Virus record (IMG/VR): IMGVR_UViG_3300020020_000028
Coordinates: 9,961-73,960 of that record
Length of the DNA stretch: 64,000 nucleotides
Strand: one strand, 5' to 3'
From: a virus
Both the position numbers and the translations under genes were made by a program. A model generated the notes under the pieces. It worked only from the letters and a program-made list of their open reading frames with translations. It had not been told where the DNA came from and ran no database searches. The first letter of the stretch is position 1. Every line of letters begins with the position of its first letter. Shown piece after piece: positions 1 through 11,200 of the stretch.

Positions 1-522
1 CTGTTGCAACATCTTCGCAGCGACCTTCCCACCTTCGAGATAGATCGTCTTCAATACTTGAGGCAACGAGTCTTGAAGTTCTTCTCTCAAGACTTCTAGC
101 GATTTATCGATTGACTGACGATCACCGGAGACAAGGACGCGACGTGCAGCCGAGAACGCATACCGAAGAACGATTTCGAGCTTCGGTGCAAACTTGTCAG
201 CCGTTTCGTGAATGGCTGTTTCTTTGCGACGTGAGGCTGTGCGTGGTTCTTCTTCATCCGACATCCCATCCGTGATGATTAAGATGTCTTCAGCCTTCTT
301 CAACGCCTCAACAAGTACCTCGTACTGCTCTCTCACCAGTGCTGTAGGCTGCACGCTCGCTAATTCAGCACGCAAATTATCAAGATCCTCGGTAACACCG
401 ATGGAGACGAACCGGCGAATCGTTGGGGTCTGATTCAGCGCCCAAGACGAAAAATCTCGCATGCCTCCAATAGAGGCAAACTCCTCTAGCACGCCAGTGG
501 TATCCGCCAGCGAGTAACTCAC
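1..522 (-). CDS. N-terminal part of a head-module protein (possibly MuF-like minor head protein), truncated by window edge
   Basis: GTG at 522 overlaps the stop of the upstream gene (GTGA); frame open for 174 codons to position 1 (MSYSLADTTGVLEEF...); product inferred from position only. Confidence 0.45.
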   Translation of the reverse strand, partial: MSYSLADTTGVLEEFASIGGMRDFSSWALNQTPTIRRFVSIGVTEDLDNLRAELASVQPTALVREQYEVLVEALKKAEDILIITDGMSDEEEPRTASRRKETAIHETADKFAPKLEIVLRYAFSAARRVLVSGDRQSIDKSLEVLREELQDSLPQVLKTIYLEGGKVAAKMLQQ

Positions 523-1556
523 TGTGCGAGCAACTCCTTCAAGTGCGTCGAGTCCTTCACTGGTGTCATAGCCCCTAACCGAAACGATCCGGCGCCCTTC
601 GCAAAGTACACCTTGTGTCCGGAAAAGCCTTTGCTCTTGAACACATCCCGATCATCGAGGACCACGGTATGCACAGCGGCTTTATTCAGCCGCGCCCACT
701 TTTCTTTCTTCTCTCGCGCGGCGGTTCGCACCCAAATCTTGTCGTTGGTGTTATTCACCATCGTCTTGACTTCGATGCCGACCTTTTTGCCATCGATCTC
801 CGTGATCACATCGACTGGCGCATTGCCCTCCGTGCCCATTCCACCCACCATCTGAAGGACCTTGGCCTCGTTCCGTTCCGCGTGCCTCTGGACACGGGCT
901 CCGGCTGGCTTGAAGGCCCTCAGGGCACGGGCAGACTGCTCAGACCGGCCAACCCCTTGGCTGCTGCCTCCGGGGTTCCCACGGCCACCCACACCCCCGG
1001 CATGGCCGAAGTTCCCTGAGCCGGGACCTCCGAGAGTCTTCAATTTTCTCTTCATCCCCTCGATCAACTTGCGACCACCTGATGTCCACTCTTGCTGCTC
1101 GAAGTTGATGTCGTAACGCTTGTCCGCCTCTTTCAAAAGTTTTGTCCCGAGCCCCTGTCGTTGTGCGTCAGGTGAGACAAAGACGTTGACGTTACCTTTT
1201 TTCTCGAACGGATGAATGTCTTGCGGATAGTGATAGAGAATCGCTTGAAGTTTTCCATCCTCGCCACGATGCGTCAGGATATCCACCTTCTTTGCAGGTT
1301 CTGTGACCGATCTACCACTCGCCAACATGACTTTTCTTGCCGGTTCAACTTCTTCTGTCTGCGCCGTCAGTCCCGGCTTGCCTTTCACCGGAAACTGACT
1401 GGCTTGTGACGCGTAATCAAAATTCGCCGGGGCATCACGCTTCGGATCTGTCTTAACCTTCGAGATTTTGGAGGCAAACCCCGCCTCTGTCCATCGACCA
1501 CGCTCGTCGCGCGGCTGATTGGAGTCGAATCCTAACTCTCGAAGTACTTGACTCAC
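519..1556 (-). CDS. Polyvalent protein: GNAT acetyltransferase + C-terminal PD-(D/E)xK-like nuclease
   Basis: FVSPDAQRQGLGTKLL (GNAT motif A); VDVITEIDGKKVGIEVKT; tags FDSNQPRDERGRWT and GGPGSGNFGH; start moved to GTG 1556 (GTGA overlap). Confidence 0.7.
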   Translation of the reverse strand: MSQVLRELGFDSNQPRDERGRWTEAGFASKISKVKTDPKRDAPANFDYASQASQFPVKGKPGLTAQTEEVEPARKVMLASGRSVTEPAKKVDILTHRGEDGKLQAILYHYPQDIHPFEKKGNVNVFVSPDAQRQGLGTKLLKEADKRYDINFEQQEWTSGGRKLIEGMKRKLKTLGGPGSGNFGHAGGVGGRGNPGGSSQGVGRSEQSARALRAFKPAGARVQRHAERNEAKVLQMVGGMGTEGNAPVDVITEIDGKKVGIEVKTMVNNTNDKIWVRTAAREKKEKWARLNKAAVHTVVLDDRDVFKSKGFSGHKVYFAKGAGSFRLGAMTPVKDSTHLKELLAQ

Positions 1557-3532
1557 GACTTCTGCAACCCCGTCTTCGCGCCCTGCTTCTTCACACCCGC
1601 ATTCTGCGCGATCCCAAATCGCTGTGACCACGTGTTCGCGATGTGCAACACCTCAGAGATCGGCGCATTGACACGAACCACGTTCATCGTCGATGTTCCC
1701 AACCGATTGTCCTGTGAATCAATTCCAACAACCGCGGCCCAACGGTGATGCCCATCCACCACATAGTTATCTTTGGAAATGAAAATCGGATTCTTCGCGG
1801 GATCAAATTCTTTCGCTTCGTAATCCAACATCATCTTGCCGACAGTCACACCCTTCATCTCCCGCTGCGAGGCGCGAAGTCCAGACGCTGGCACCACTTC
1901 ATCGGTTGTCTTCATACCGATGCCTTGCAAATACGTCTTAAACGCTGCCGCGCCGTCTACTTCCGTCGGATCCCACGGCGTGCGTGGAAGTTTATCGGCT
2001 TCTGATCCAGGAACTGGCTTGCCTCCAAGTTGCGGCATGAAGAGTCGTGGAATACCCTCTGGATATTCCGCTGTGCGAAGGCTCTCTGCGCAAAACAAGT
2101 TCGTACCCTTCACGGTCACGTTACAGAGATCAAAATCCTTCGCTGCTTCGCCAGCACTTTTCGCAGCAATCGCATCAGCCGCCAACTGGTGGATCAAGGT
2201 ATAGGCTTGTTCAGTCGTCTCGACCTCGACGACCTTACCTTGCAACACCAGTGAGCAACCCTCTTCGACCGTTTTTACTTTGATCGGGATCGGGCGACCA
2301 GTCTTTGGATTGGTTTCCTGCTTCCACGTGATGCCCGTATGTTCCCATCCTCCGGGAGATTTCCACCCATCAGTAGATGATCCACCGACCTGACCGGGGC
2401 GCCCTCCGTGTCCGAAGTTCCCTGAGCCGGGACCACCGAGTGTTTTCGGTTCCGCGACCAGTCCTTTTCGGATCTTCGCCTTCGCAACCGCTAACCGTAT
2501 GGCACTCAGTGCGCGAGGTTTCTTCAAGGCATCAACAACATACTCGCCATATTTCTGTGGCCAATCCGCTCCGGTATGAACCGCCGCCGCTTCCGAAATA
2601 AGGGTCGTCATCTGCTCTGGCGTGGTATCTGCGAGCTTGTCACTCACAAACTTTCCATACCATCCAGCCCAATCCTTGTCCGGGACGCCTGTTTCTTTCT
2701 CGAACGCTGTGTGCGCGACCTTCGCTTCTGCCATCAGCGCACCAACAGTTTGTGACGCGGCTTTCGCATCGGACAAATCTAGCGCGACTTTCGATTCCTC
2801 ACTAGAAGATCCGCCGACCTGACCGGGACGGCCCTCGTGACCGTGATTGCCGCTGCCGGGACCACCAAGCGCCTTGAACTTCGCATCAACCTGTTCTTTA
2901 AAGATTTCCCAGTTGCCCGTCTTGAGTGCAGCCTCAAGCATTGCTTCTACGACCTGTCCTAGTTCGGGATCAGAGAGAAGCGCCGCTATCTTATTGATGG
3001 CATCTTGTAGTTTCTCGTCTTTTTCCGCTCCAGCCACAAACCTCACCGGAGGAGGCAACGCTCGTCCTCCATACATTTTCTTGTCTTGTCTGGTAGGACC
3101 ATCGGTACGCATCGCTTCTAGTTCTGCCTTCAACCCCTTCGGAGTTATGCTGCTCAACGTGTTCCACAGTTCCTGACCGATCTCCGGATCACTCAAAGCC
3201 TTATCAAGAGATTCATAAATCTCAAACAGCTTCCGCCGTTGTTCTGGAGTGCCTTCCGTGCGCTTCGATGACCACGTGATGTAAGTGGGGTCAAACTCTA
3301 ATTTGCTATGTTCAAGTGGAAAGCCCGCTTCATCACGACCAGGAATAATGTATCGAGCACCGATTTTTCCTAAGCCTCCTGAAGACGCAGGACCACCATC
3401 CGTCCATTGACCATCCTTGTCGCGAGGTTGGTCTGGATTAAACTTCAGTTCACGCGGCTCTTTGTAGATAACCGTGCCGTCTTTCAGCGTGATCACGAGT
3501 GTAGGAAGACTCAATGTGCTATCCATCCCCAC
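1553..3532 (-). CDS. Polyvalent protein with C-terminal ParB/sulfiredoxin-like domain
   Basis: PIFISKDNYVVDGHHRWAA; tags FNPDQPRDKDGQWT and 2x GGPGSGNxGHxGRPGQVGGS. Confidence 0.7.
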   Translation of the reverse strand: MGMDSTLSLPTLVITLKDGTVIYKEPRELKFNPDQPRDKDGQWTDGGPASSGGLGKIGARYIIPGRDEAGFPLEHSKLEFDPTYITWSSKRTEGTPEQRRKLFEIYESLDKALSDPEIGQELWNTLSSITPKGLKAELEAMRTDGPTRQDKKMYGGRALPPPVRFVAGAEKDEKLQDAINKIAALLSDPELGQVVEAMLEAALKTGNWEIFKEQVDAKFKALGGPGSGNHGHEGRPGQVGGSSSEESKVALDLSDAKAASQTVGALMAEAKVAHTAFEKETGVPDKDWAGWYGKFVSDKLADTTPEQMTTLISEAAAVHTGADWPQKYGEYVVDALKKPRALSAIRLAVAKAKIRKGLVAEPKTLGGPGSGNFGHGGRPGQVGGSSTDGWKSPGGWEHTGITWKQETNPKTGRPIPIKVKTVEEGCSLVLQGKVVEVETTEQAYTLIHQLAADAIAAKSAGEAAKDFDLCNVTVKGTNLFCAESLRTAEYPEGIPRLFMPQLGGKPVPGSEADKLPRTPWDPTEVDGAAAFKTYLQGIGMKTTDEVVPASGLRASQREMKGVTVGKMMLDYEAKEFDPAKNPIFISKDNYVVDGHHRWAAVVGIDSQDNRLGTSTMNVVRVNAPISEVLHIANTWSQRFGIAQNAGVKKQGAKTGLQKS

Positions 3533-4221
3533 TGCTTAAACACGTCATGCACAAAATCTGTCTCCAGAAGACGTGAGATCGGATTACTGAGCTTCGCGAC
3601 TTCCATGACCGGCTTGCTGTTAAACAATTCCGTAAACGCGTCCGTGAAAAGTTGTTCTGGCTTCAACGGCGAGGATCGCAGAATCGTATCGTTCAGACCC
3701 TTACTCGCCTTTTGCCACTCCGGGCTCTCAATTCTCGCTGTTAGCGTGCGTGCGAACTGGCTGTATACCCCGTCTTCAGTCGTGAACACCTTGTTATGTT
3801 CGCGATCTACGAGACTCGTAGCCGCGCCGTCCATATCAAACCCGTAATGCTTCAACAGAAAATCATCAATCTTCTTTGAAGACACACCCTGAGGGCTGAC
3901 ATCGAACGTCGCTTTCGATTCTTTACGAATCTTCGCGGGAATGCTGTTCAGCAGTTTCGCCGCAGCTTCTTTGCTCTCCCCTTCGACCTTCGGACCACCG
4001 TCTCGATTACCGTGGGTCTTCTGATCGTGCTCGCCGTGTAACGCCACGAAGCCCAATGTGCGCAACGTGTCTTGGCACTCTCCGCACAGCGTTTCCAGCG
4101 ATTCTGTTTTTTCTAGGCGCGCGACCAGTTCAACCCGAGCCTTTTTCATCAGGCCACCGGGGTCTGGTCTATTGGGATCGCCTTTCAGCAACCACGCTTT
4201 GGTTGTTGGTGAGAGATTCAT
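3511..4221 (-). CDS. Hypothetical head-module protein with HGEHDQKTHGN tag
   Basis: 236 aa ORF coupled to neighbours; shares LHGEHDQKTHGNRDG with 5228..8257. Confidence 0.65.
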   Translation of the reverse strand: MNLSPTTKAWLLKGDPNRPDPGGLMKKARVELVARLEKTESLETLCGECQDTLRTLGFVALHGEHDQKTHGNRDGGPKVEGESKEAAAKLLNSIPAKIRKESKATFDVSPQGVSSKKIDDFLLKHYGFDMDGAATSLVDREHNKVFTTEDGVYSQFARTLTARIESPEWQKASKGLNDTILRSSPLKPEQLFTDAFTELFNSKPVMEVAKLSNPISRLLETDFVHDVFKQWGWIAH

Positions 4222-5231
4222 GGCGCCATATCTCTCTTCAATAAGTTCTTGATCTCGTCACGCACTTCATGTAGTTCCTTTGGCAATTCGTGATCCATCA
4301 CCACCGCAGTGAAAATCTCGGCTGTCGCTTCTTGAGGTCCACCAGTCGCTGCATAGCCGCTGATTTTCTGATCTACAAAATCATCGAGCTTATCGTCAGG
4401 GACGTTTTTTAGAACAGCACCGATGACCGCCCGAGTTAATCCATCACCAGTCATCGCATCGGCAAGATGTCCCGCTTCATGGATTACAATGCCGCGATAG
4501 ACTTCACGTTCGAACTCTTCCTTCGAGGTTGCGATTTCCGACGCACGTCGAGACGCAATCGTGAAATTATCATCAGAAGGGTTACCAGTCGTGTTCCGCG
4601 CCTCATCAGAGCCGTTGATGAACATCATTCCCTTAACCGTGTTGCTATACGGATCCCTCGCGAATGATGCGGACGCGACTTGTGGGTCATACTGCGCATA
4701 CACCAGAGGCACATTCTTCTGCAAAAACTCATGTAGCGCAGGTGCCTCTTTTTTCAAATCGTCAAGCCCCAACGCAATCCCTTCCATCGCTTCTTTCGAC
4801 AAAGGATTCGTTGCCGTTTTCAATTTCATATAATCACGAAACAACTCCGGCGTCTGATACACAGGAATCGTGTTGTAACCCTTGTCAGCGAATGCCTTCT
4901 GAAAGGCTTCAGACGGTCCAATGTGTTCAGTAGAGGGTGTCGCTACTGCCGCAGGCTCCTTATTGAAATCTATCTTAAAATTATGAACCGAGCCTTTCGG
5001 CGTCGATCCTCCGGGGTTATCCTTGCCTCCGACGCCGCCTTGATGACCGAAGTTACCGGAGCCGGGACCGCCGAGTGCACGTTGTTTACTAACAGTATAA
5101 AACGCCGTACTCCCATCAGCGAATAGCACACGCGCGAGCGTCGCGTTCTCTGGTTCGACAGGCTTCCACGATGCGTTGATGTACAACACAACCCCGCTAC
5201 GACCGTCGATGGTGATCGGTTGCGGGATCAT
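4218..5231 (-). CDS. Zincin-like metallopeptidase domain protein with GGPGSGN tag
   Basis: VIHEAGH ... ISGYAA..QEATAE (HExxH plus distal Glu). Confidence 0.7.
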   Translation of the reverse strand: MIPQPITIDGRSGVVLYINASWKPVEPENATLARVLFADGSTAFYTVSKQRALGGPGSGNFGHQGGVGGKDNPGGSTPKGSVHNFKIDFNKEPAAVATPSTEHIGPSEAFQKAFADKGYNTIPVYQTPELFRDYMKLKTATNPLSKEAMEGIALGLDDLKKEAPALHEFLQKNVPLVYAQYDPQVASASFARDPYSNTVKGMMFINGSDEARNTTGNPSDDNFTIASRRASEIATSKEEFEREVYRGIVIHEAGHLADAMTGDGLTRAVIGAVLKNVPDDKLDDFVDQKISGYAATGGPQEATAEIFTAVVMDHELPKELHEVRDEIKNLLKRDMAP

Positions 5232-8200
5232 GCGTTCGGCTTCCTTCCGATGCGTGCTTTTACCTTGTTAAGATTAGCAATCTCTCTCAGGTCATCAGCA
5301 AACAACCGCCATGACATCTTCGCACTATCACCAGCACGTACCGATAATGGAGTCACCCTCAGTCGCGTCATCTCCGCAAGTGTTTCATTGATCGCTCGTT
5401 CAAACCCATTAGGCTGATTGACGATATCAGACTGCCAATACGCTTTAGAGTAATCGGAGATACCGTCGTCCTTCTGCAAGACGTTCATCTTCTGAACATA
5501 ACGAGACTGACCGGGCTGCTGATCGTTCTCCGTTTCCATGTACGTGTCACCAACATGTCGATAGAACATTGCCGACACTGGCCAACGTTTATGAACCTCT
5601 TCCTGCATCTCGGGCCGAACATAGCCACTCACACGGAAGAGACGCTTGTGTTCCTCTGGGGGCAGATTATCAATCTCTTTATGTTCCGCGAGTTGCGCCT
5701 CACGCGCGGCGTCAAATATCGCATGTGAGATCTCATGCGTCACGATCCCATTCGTGACGGCCATACGCTCATCGTATGAGTTACGAGCGTTGATCTCGAT
5801 CACACCAGTGCGTGGATTAAAGTGGCCTGCTTCTCGAAATTCAAGATCACCAACTTTGAATGCAGTCGGTTCTTTATCCACGACGTTGATAATTGCCGGA
5901 GGAATCCCCATTTCCTCAGCGAGTGTTTCCGCGCGTCGTGCAACGATGTCTTTATAGCGAACAGGAAAACCCGGTGGCAACGTTTCTACAGATGCGCCTG
6001 AAGGAGCACTGCCCCCGACTTCACCGGGTCTACCAGCGTGACCGAAGTTCCCTGAACCTTCGCCTCCGAGCGCCTTGAGATCTTCGACCATCGCAAACGC
6101 GACAAACACGCGATGAAACTGCCCAAGCACCTTGAGCCACGGCTTTTCCTCAACCCACGAGAAGGGCTGATCGCGCATCCACGCGGCCTTGATCCACTCA
6201 GGCTTGATGTCACCTGCGAACTGAAACGCGTCTTTCGGATTCGTGATGTAGGAATCGGGGCGCAGTGTCGCCCAGATCTCTTCGGGGATTTCTACTTGCA
6301 GAACGACGGGCTTGACTGCGAAGTCCGAACCGGCACTCCCGTGGTTCTCAGCCGCACTCTTGGCGTAGTCTTTCGCCTGCTGAAGATCCGTCGCGACATA
6401 GACGTTGCCTGCGACACTACCGGGATGCGCCTTGCCCGCGAATTTCGCTCGAATGCCATCCTTGAGGATGGAGTTCAGCGCACCGGATTCGGTGCCGTGG
6501 AAGGCTGTCCACTGGCCACGTTCATCGCGTGGCTGGCTCGGATCGAAAGCTAACGTCCTTACCCTCTTCAACTGCGAGGGAGACTTAATCAGGACAGTCG
6601 CTGGAATCTCACTCTGATTAAGTTCATCCAACGATTGAATCGCATCGTACCCGTGTCGAGCTAACACCTCACGGACAGCCGGAATGTACGCTACGTCTAA
6701 CGGGTTACTACCCCCGTACGGAGAAAAGTCTGAGACGCTAGGTACCTCTAGCCACCATCCCGGCCCATCCTGTCCTGAGGGCGTGAATGTGTACTTGACC
6801 CCCGCTTCATCGAGGAGTGGCAACATCCGTTTGATGTCTTCTTCGTTATGAAGACTAAACGGCTTCGAGACAGAGATCGCAATCTCTTGAAGGCTCCCTT
6901 CTCTTCCACTTCTCTCGTTCTCTTCTTTATACCAACGCGCCGCTTCGGGGTCTGGAGTAGTGAAAATCGGCAGTCGTAGCGTCTCAGGGATCGCTCCACC
7001 AATATAATGAGGTTTCGTCGTATCGAACCGTGTGTCGCCACCTCCGGTCCATCGACCATTCTCATCCCGAGGTTGACTCGGATCGAAACCTAGCCAGCGA
7101 GGATCTTCTTCGCGGCTTCGATCTCCATCGCTGTAGGTTCTCTGCCAGTCAATTTCCGCGCGAGCGCGATGAGTTGATCGAGTGTGGGAGCCTGTGTTTC
7201 GGATCCCGTAACGATAAGCTCCGGCTGCTTTGACATGAGGGTACTCAATGGTAACAGACTTGCCGTTCTTCAAATCGAAATACGCCAACTGCTTGGCTGC
7301 ACGCCCAAGCCTCTCGGCTTCCGCTGCGTCTTGCACAATCGTGCTGACATCCAGATAGGCCATGCCATCTTCGGGGTTATGCCAACCCCCGAGATAGTTG
7401 CCTGACTGACTCAGAAGATCGATGTTCTTGACCGTGTACTCCGCAAGTGCCACGACGGAGACATCCTTCGCCGGAAGAATTTTCTCGCGATCCTTGTGGA
7501 GACTCAGCGCAAAGCCCGTCTTCGGTTGTTCACCCGTCGCAGTGTGGTACGTGAATCCGCCGTCGGCTTGATGAATCGCTTCGAGGATGCCGCTTGGTGC
7601 GGGGAGAGAACCGCCCACCATGCCGGGGCGTCCAGCGTGGCCGAAGTTTCCTGAGCCTGCGCCACCGAGTGTGCTTAACGTCTTGTTCACCAACACGACG
7701 CTGTACAACACACGAGTGTTCTGCGCAAGTGCCCGCCAATCAATGCGATGAAAAAATTCTTTAGAAGGAGTACCGACACCAGTAATCCACTCAGGTGGAA
7801 TGGTGCCCTTTACCGCGAACGCATCGCCTTGATCCTCAGATCGTACGTTCGTAGCCCACCAGTCCCGAGGGATCTCAATTCTTAAAATGACGGGTTCTGT
7901 GTCATCGTTGACCTCTGCGGCATACTTCGCGTACGTATTCGCACTTGTTAGACTCTCCGTGAAGTACACAGACGCTGGGCGACCACCCATGTCCGCGCCT
8001 TGCTGACGTGCGTATTCATCGGCTCCTGTGCCGTGGCCTTTGAAGGGAGAGAGTCCGAATTGTTTGATCGAGGCTAGTGCCTCTGATTGCGTGCCGTGAA
8101 AAACAAGGTGTGGCCCACGGTATCCAACAGTTACACCATCACGATTACCATGAGTCTTCTGATCGTGCTCACCATGCAACGTACGCACGCGCGCCATCTG

Positions 8201-8257
8201 ACTCGCGATAGTCAGTAGCCGTGCCGCACGCGCGGGAGCCAGAGGGAAGCTAAGCAT
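5228..8257 (-). CDS. Large polyvalent protein: about 3 ADP-ribosyltransferase-fold domains, an unknown domain, C-terminal zincin
   Basis: Two paralogous FHGT..G(L/I)..VY..A..YA..PV(I/V)L..EIP..I.PEWI domains; IFTTPDPEAARWY..KPF..GYDAI..PSQLK (ART-PolyVal-like); THEISH..ISDYS..NETLAE; five peptide tags. Confidence 0.7.
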   Translation of the reverse strand: MLSFPLAPARAARLLTIASQMARVRTLHGEHDQKTHGNRDGVTVGYRGPHLVFHGTQSEALASIKQFGLSPFKGHGTGADEYARQQGADMGGRPASVYFTESLTSANTYAKYAAEVNDDTEPVILRIEIPRDWWATNVRSEDQGDAFAVKGTIPPEWITGVGTPSKEFFHRIDWRALAQNTRVLYSVVLVNKTLSTLGGAGSGNFGHAGRPGMVGGSLPAPSGILEAIHQADGGFTYHTATGEQPKTGFALSLHKDREKILPAKDVSVVALAEYTVKNIDLLSQSGNYLGGWHNPEDGMAYLDVSTIVQDAAEAERLGRAAKQLAYFDLKNGKSVTIEYPHVKAAGAYRYGIRNTGSHTRSTHRARAEIDWQRTYSDGDRSREEDPRWLGFDPSQPRDENGRWTGGGDTRFDTTKPHYIGGAIPETLRLPIFTTPDPEAARWYKEENERSGREGSLQEIAISVSKPFSLHNEEDIKRMLPLLDEAGVKYTFTPSGQDGPGWWLEVPSVSDFSPYGGSNPLDVAYIPAVREVLARHGYDAIQSLDELNQSEIPATVLIKSPSQLKRVRTLAFDPSQPRDERGQWTAFHGTESGALNSILKDGIRAKFAGKAHPGSVAGNVYVATDLQQAKDYAKSAAENHGSAGSDFAVKPVVLQVEIPEEIWATLRPDSYITNPKDAFQFAGDIKPEWIKAAWMRDQPFSWVEEKPWLKVLGQFHRVFVAFAMVEDLKALGGEGSGNFGHAGRPGEVGGSAPSGASVETLPPGFPVRYKDIVARRAETLAEEMGIPPAIINVVDKEPTAFKVGDLEFREAGHFNPRTGVIEINARNSYDERMAVTNGIVTHEISHAIFDAAREAQLAEHKEIDNLPPEEHKRLFRVSGYVRPEMQEEVHKRWPVSAMFYRHVGDTYMETENDQQPGQSRYVQKMNVLQKDDGISDYSKAYWQSDIVNQPNGFERAINETLAEMTRLRVTPLSVRAGDSAKMSWRLFADDLREIANLNKVKARIGRKPNA

Positions 8258-11200
8258 TACCTTTCTTCGCTTCTTCTATCAGCCACTTTTCTGCTTCTTC
8301 TTGTGTCGTATGTCCAAACCCTGTGTCATAAGGTCCACGCTTCGCATGCCACATAAAGTTATAGCCGCGAGGTCCGCCGATCTGTGGATCCTGCTGACGA
8401 CGACGTTCGATACGACCAACAGACTTCCCGTCTACCTTTAACTGATAGTTAGCTTTCTTACCTTCCGAAGTTCCTACCCGCTCTACTCCCCCATGATGAT
8501 TCCCGTGGCTCTTCTGATCATGCTCGGCGTGTAGCCCGACAATCTTATGCACGACATCCGTCGCCCCGACCTCGATAGCCGTGGTCAACACGCGAAGCAA
8601 TTCGATATCTTCAGCGGCTTCTAACCCGCGAGGATCCACTATCGCAAACTTTCCAGTGTCTTCTCGTCCAGTGATGCGCAGATCCACGTCCTCACCCTCA
8701 GCAGGCGAGAAGCGAATCGTGCCAACCGATGCCGTCATACCCTCAAGCGCACTCGATCCCACGTAGCGAACACCGTGACCCTGCTTCAAGTAGGCGACGG
8801 TCGCATGCGGCGTGTAGTTCGGATGCGTGGTGGTGACTTCGAGGTTGTTCGTCAGACGCTCATTCAGATCGACGAGATCCTGTGAGATAACCTCGACATA
8901 CAACACGTCGTAGCCGTCACCTTCGAAGATACCCGTCTTACCGAGGGTGAACCGAATCGGACCCACATACGTGGCAAGCACCTTCCTGACGCTGGAGACA
9001 TCATTCGTGTGCAAACCATACTTGACAGTGATATGTGCGTCGTCTTCGAGCCCACCCTCTTCTACGCAGAGATCGAACGCGGGAATCGAGCGTCCGAACG
9101 CCAACAATGCCTCTGCGATTACTGGTGGAAGTTGAATCTGTGTTGAGGAGAGCTTGTAGGTCTTTCCGGCCATCGCTGCGCGATTCTTGGCAATCTTCTT
9201 GTACGCGTCCAGTGTAGCGCCATAGAAGAAAGTCTTCAGTCTCGGATCGCCCTCTTCGGCCTTACCATACAGATCGAGTTGCTCTTCAAGAAAGTCGATC
9301 TTCGAGCCCTTGAATCCATCACGCTTGGCCTTCGTGTACCCCTCGTCAAGCGCGGCGCGTTCATCGTCCTTCATCCCCTCGATAATGCTATCAAGAGGAT
9401 CTTTCTCTTCCTTGGGCTTCGCTTCTTTCTTCTTCGAACCCGAGGGCTTCTTCTTCGACGCGGGAACAGACTTCGGCTTTGCTTCTTTCTTCGGCTCGTC
9501 CTTCGCTTCCTTTTTCGGTGCCTCGTCGTACTTCCCGGTCACGATAGGATGATTCGCAGGCACCCACTGCCCAGTCTTCTCGTTCTTGAACCCATCAATC
9601 GTGCCGCTCTTTTCGGGCTTCCATTCGGGACCGAGTTTCGGCTTACTCTCATTCACGACAGCCTTGCGTAGCGCCTGATAACTGGCAACCGTCTTCTTAT
9701 CGAACTTGACGACAGGATCGCCGCCCTTCGCAATGCTCAATGCGAGTTGCTGACGGAGGAATTCGAGTTGACTGCCATTGAATCCGGCCTTGACCGCACG
9801 CGCATGGCCTTCTTCAACAGCCTTCGTCTCCTTCTCGTTCAACTTGAGACGCAAGTTGACCAGTCCGGCCTTAAACGAACGCTGTGTCGCACGCTTCGCG
9901 GTCCCCGCAGGCTTGTCTGCCGATCCACTTCCACTTCCAAACTTCCCGTCATCAGCACGAGGATGTTCGTGTTCCTCGAACTTGGAGAGCGCCGTGCGCA
10001 ATTCGTCAATCGTGTCTTCGGCTGCTCGCAACTCCTCATCATCGATATCGAAGTCGAGGTCCGCGTCTTCAGCAGGAACATCGGCAGGCTGCATTTCGGC
10101 CATTGCTTCCTGCGCTTGCTTGGCTTTGGCCTCAGCCCGCTCATCGATTTCCGCACGCTGTTCTTCTGACAACGGCGCGAAGCCCAACGACCGATCTCTG
10201 ATCTCTGCATCCGTGAACACCACGTCACCATACGTGGAGTTGACCGTCGCCATCCCAGTCGCGGTCTGAATCTTTTCCTGCTCCGTAAGCACCTGAATGT
10301 GGGGCCAGAGCACGTCATACTCGTCTGGTCCCTTGGACGGCTCCGGCAGATACCCGTACTTGATCAATCGATCTGCGAGTTGCCTGACAATGTAGGGACC
10401 AGCGTACTGAAGCTGTCTACCAACAATCTGGTCACGGAAATTCTCCCGATCCTGGCTGCTTGCCAGTTCGCCCATCTCGGAGCCCGTGAGGATGCGCTTC
10501 GGGATCGCCTTCGCACCAGCAATCTGCGTGATGATCGTGTCCGCTGGCCCATCGAAATTCGCGACATCCGAACCAAGGGGCGTGACCTTGACACCACGTG
10601 TGCGAATCCATCTCGTGATCTGATGTTTGTAATCTTCGGCCTGTGCCTTCAACGACTCGACAGCCGCAGCGTTCTCTGTGGGAGGCAACGTCAGATCTTT
10701 ATCGATGTCGATGTGCATGCCCTGATTCGCACGCAGCCAAAAGGCTTCAGCGCCACCACCTGTCACCTTGCGCAAATCGATCAACAGATTCCAGACACGC
10801 TGCAACGCAGGCTGACCGAACACATCATCATCCAATAAACCTTCAGCGACATGGATGATACGTGAGTAATGCACCGGACGTGTGAAGTTCGGAGTCGCGA
10901 GATCCGTGCGTCGAATCGTGTACGTCTTGGGTAGACCAAAACGTTCTGACTTCGGATCCTCGTCATACTCGAAGATCGAACAATCAGAGCCATAATCTGA
11001 GGTGCGATAATTCTCTCGCGTTGAGCCACCCGGCCCACCACCACCGAGAAACGGCATCAAATAGAGAAGTTTATCTGGATTCGTAGTCTTGCGTAGTTCG
11101 GTGGACAAGTCTTGACCGTCACCGAGTAAGAGCACACCAAAGGTCGAGAGTCGTGAGAGTTTATCTACGCGAAGAAGTTTGGCCCCGATCTGGTGTTTCT

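Noticed and set aside
7240-7600. Middle domain of the 1009-aa protein as a T3-like SAM lyase
   Set aside because: Only a vague resemblance; needs a structure search
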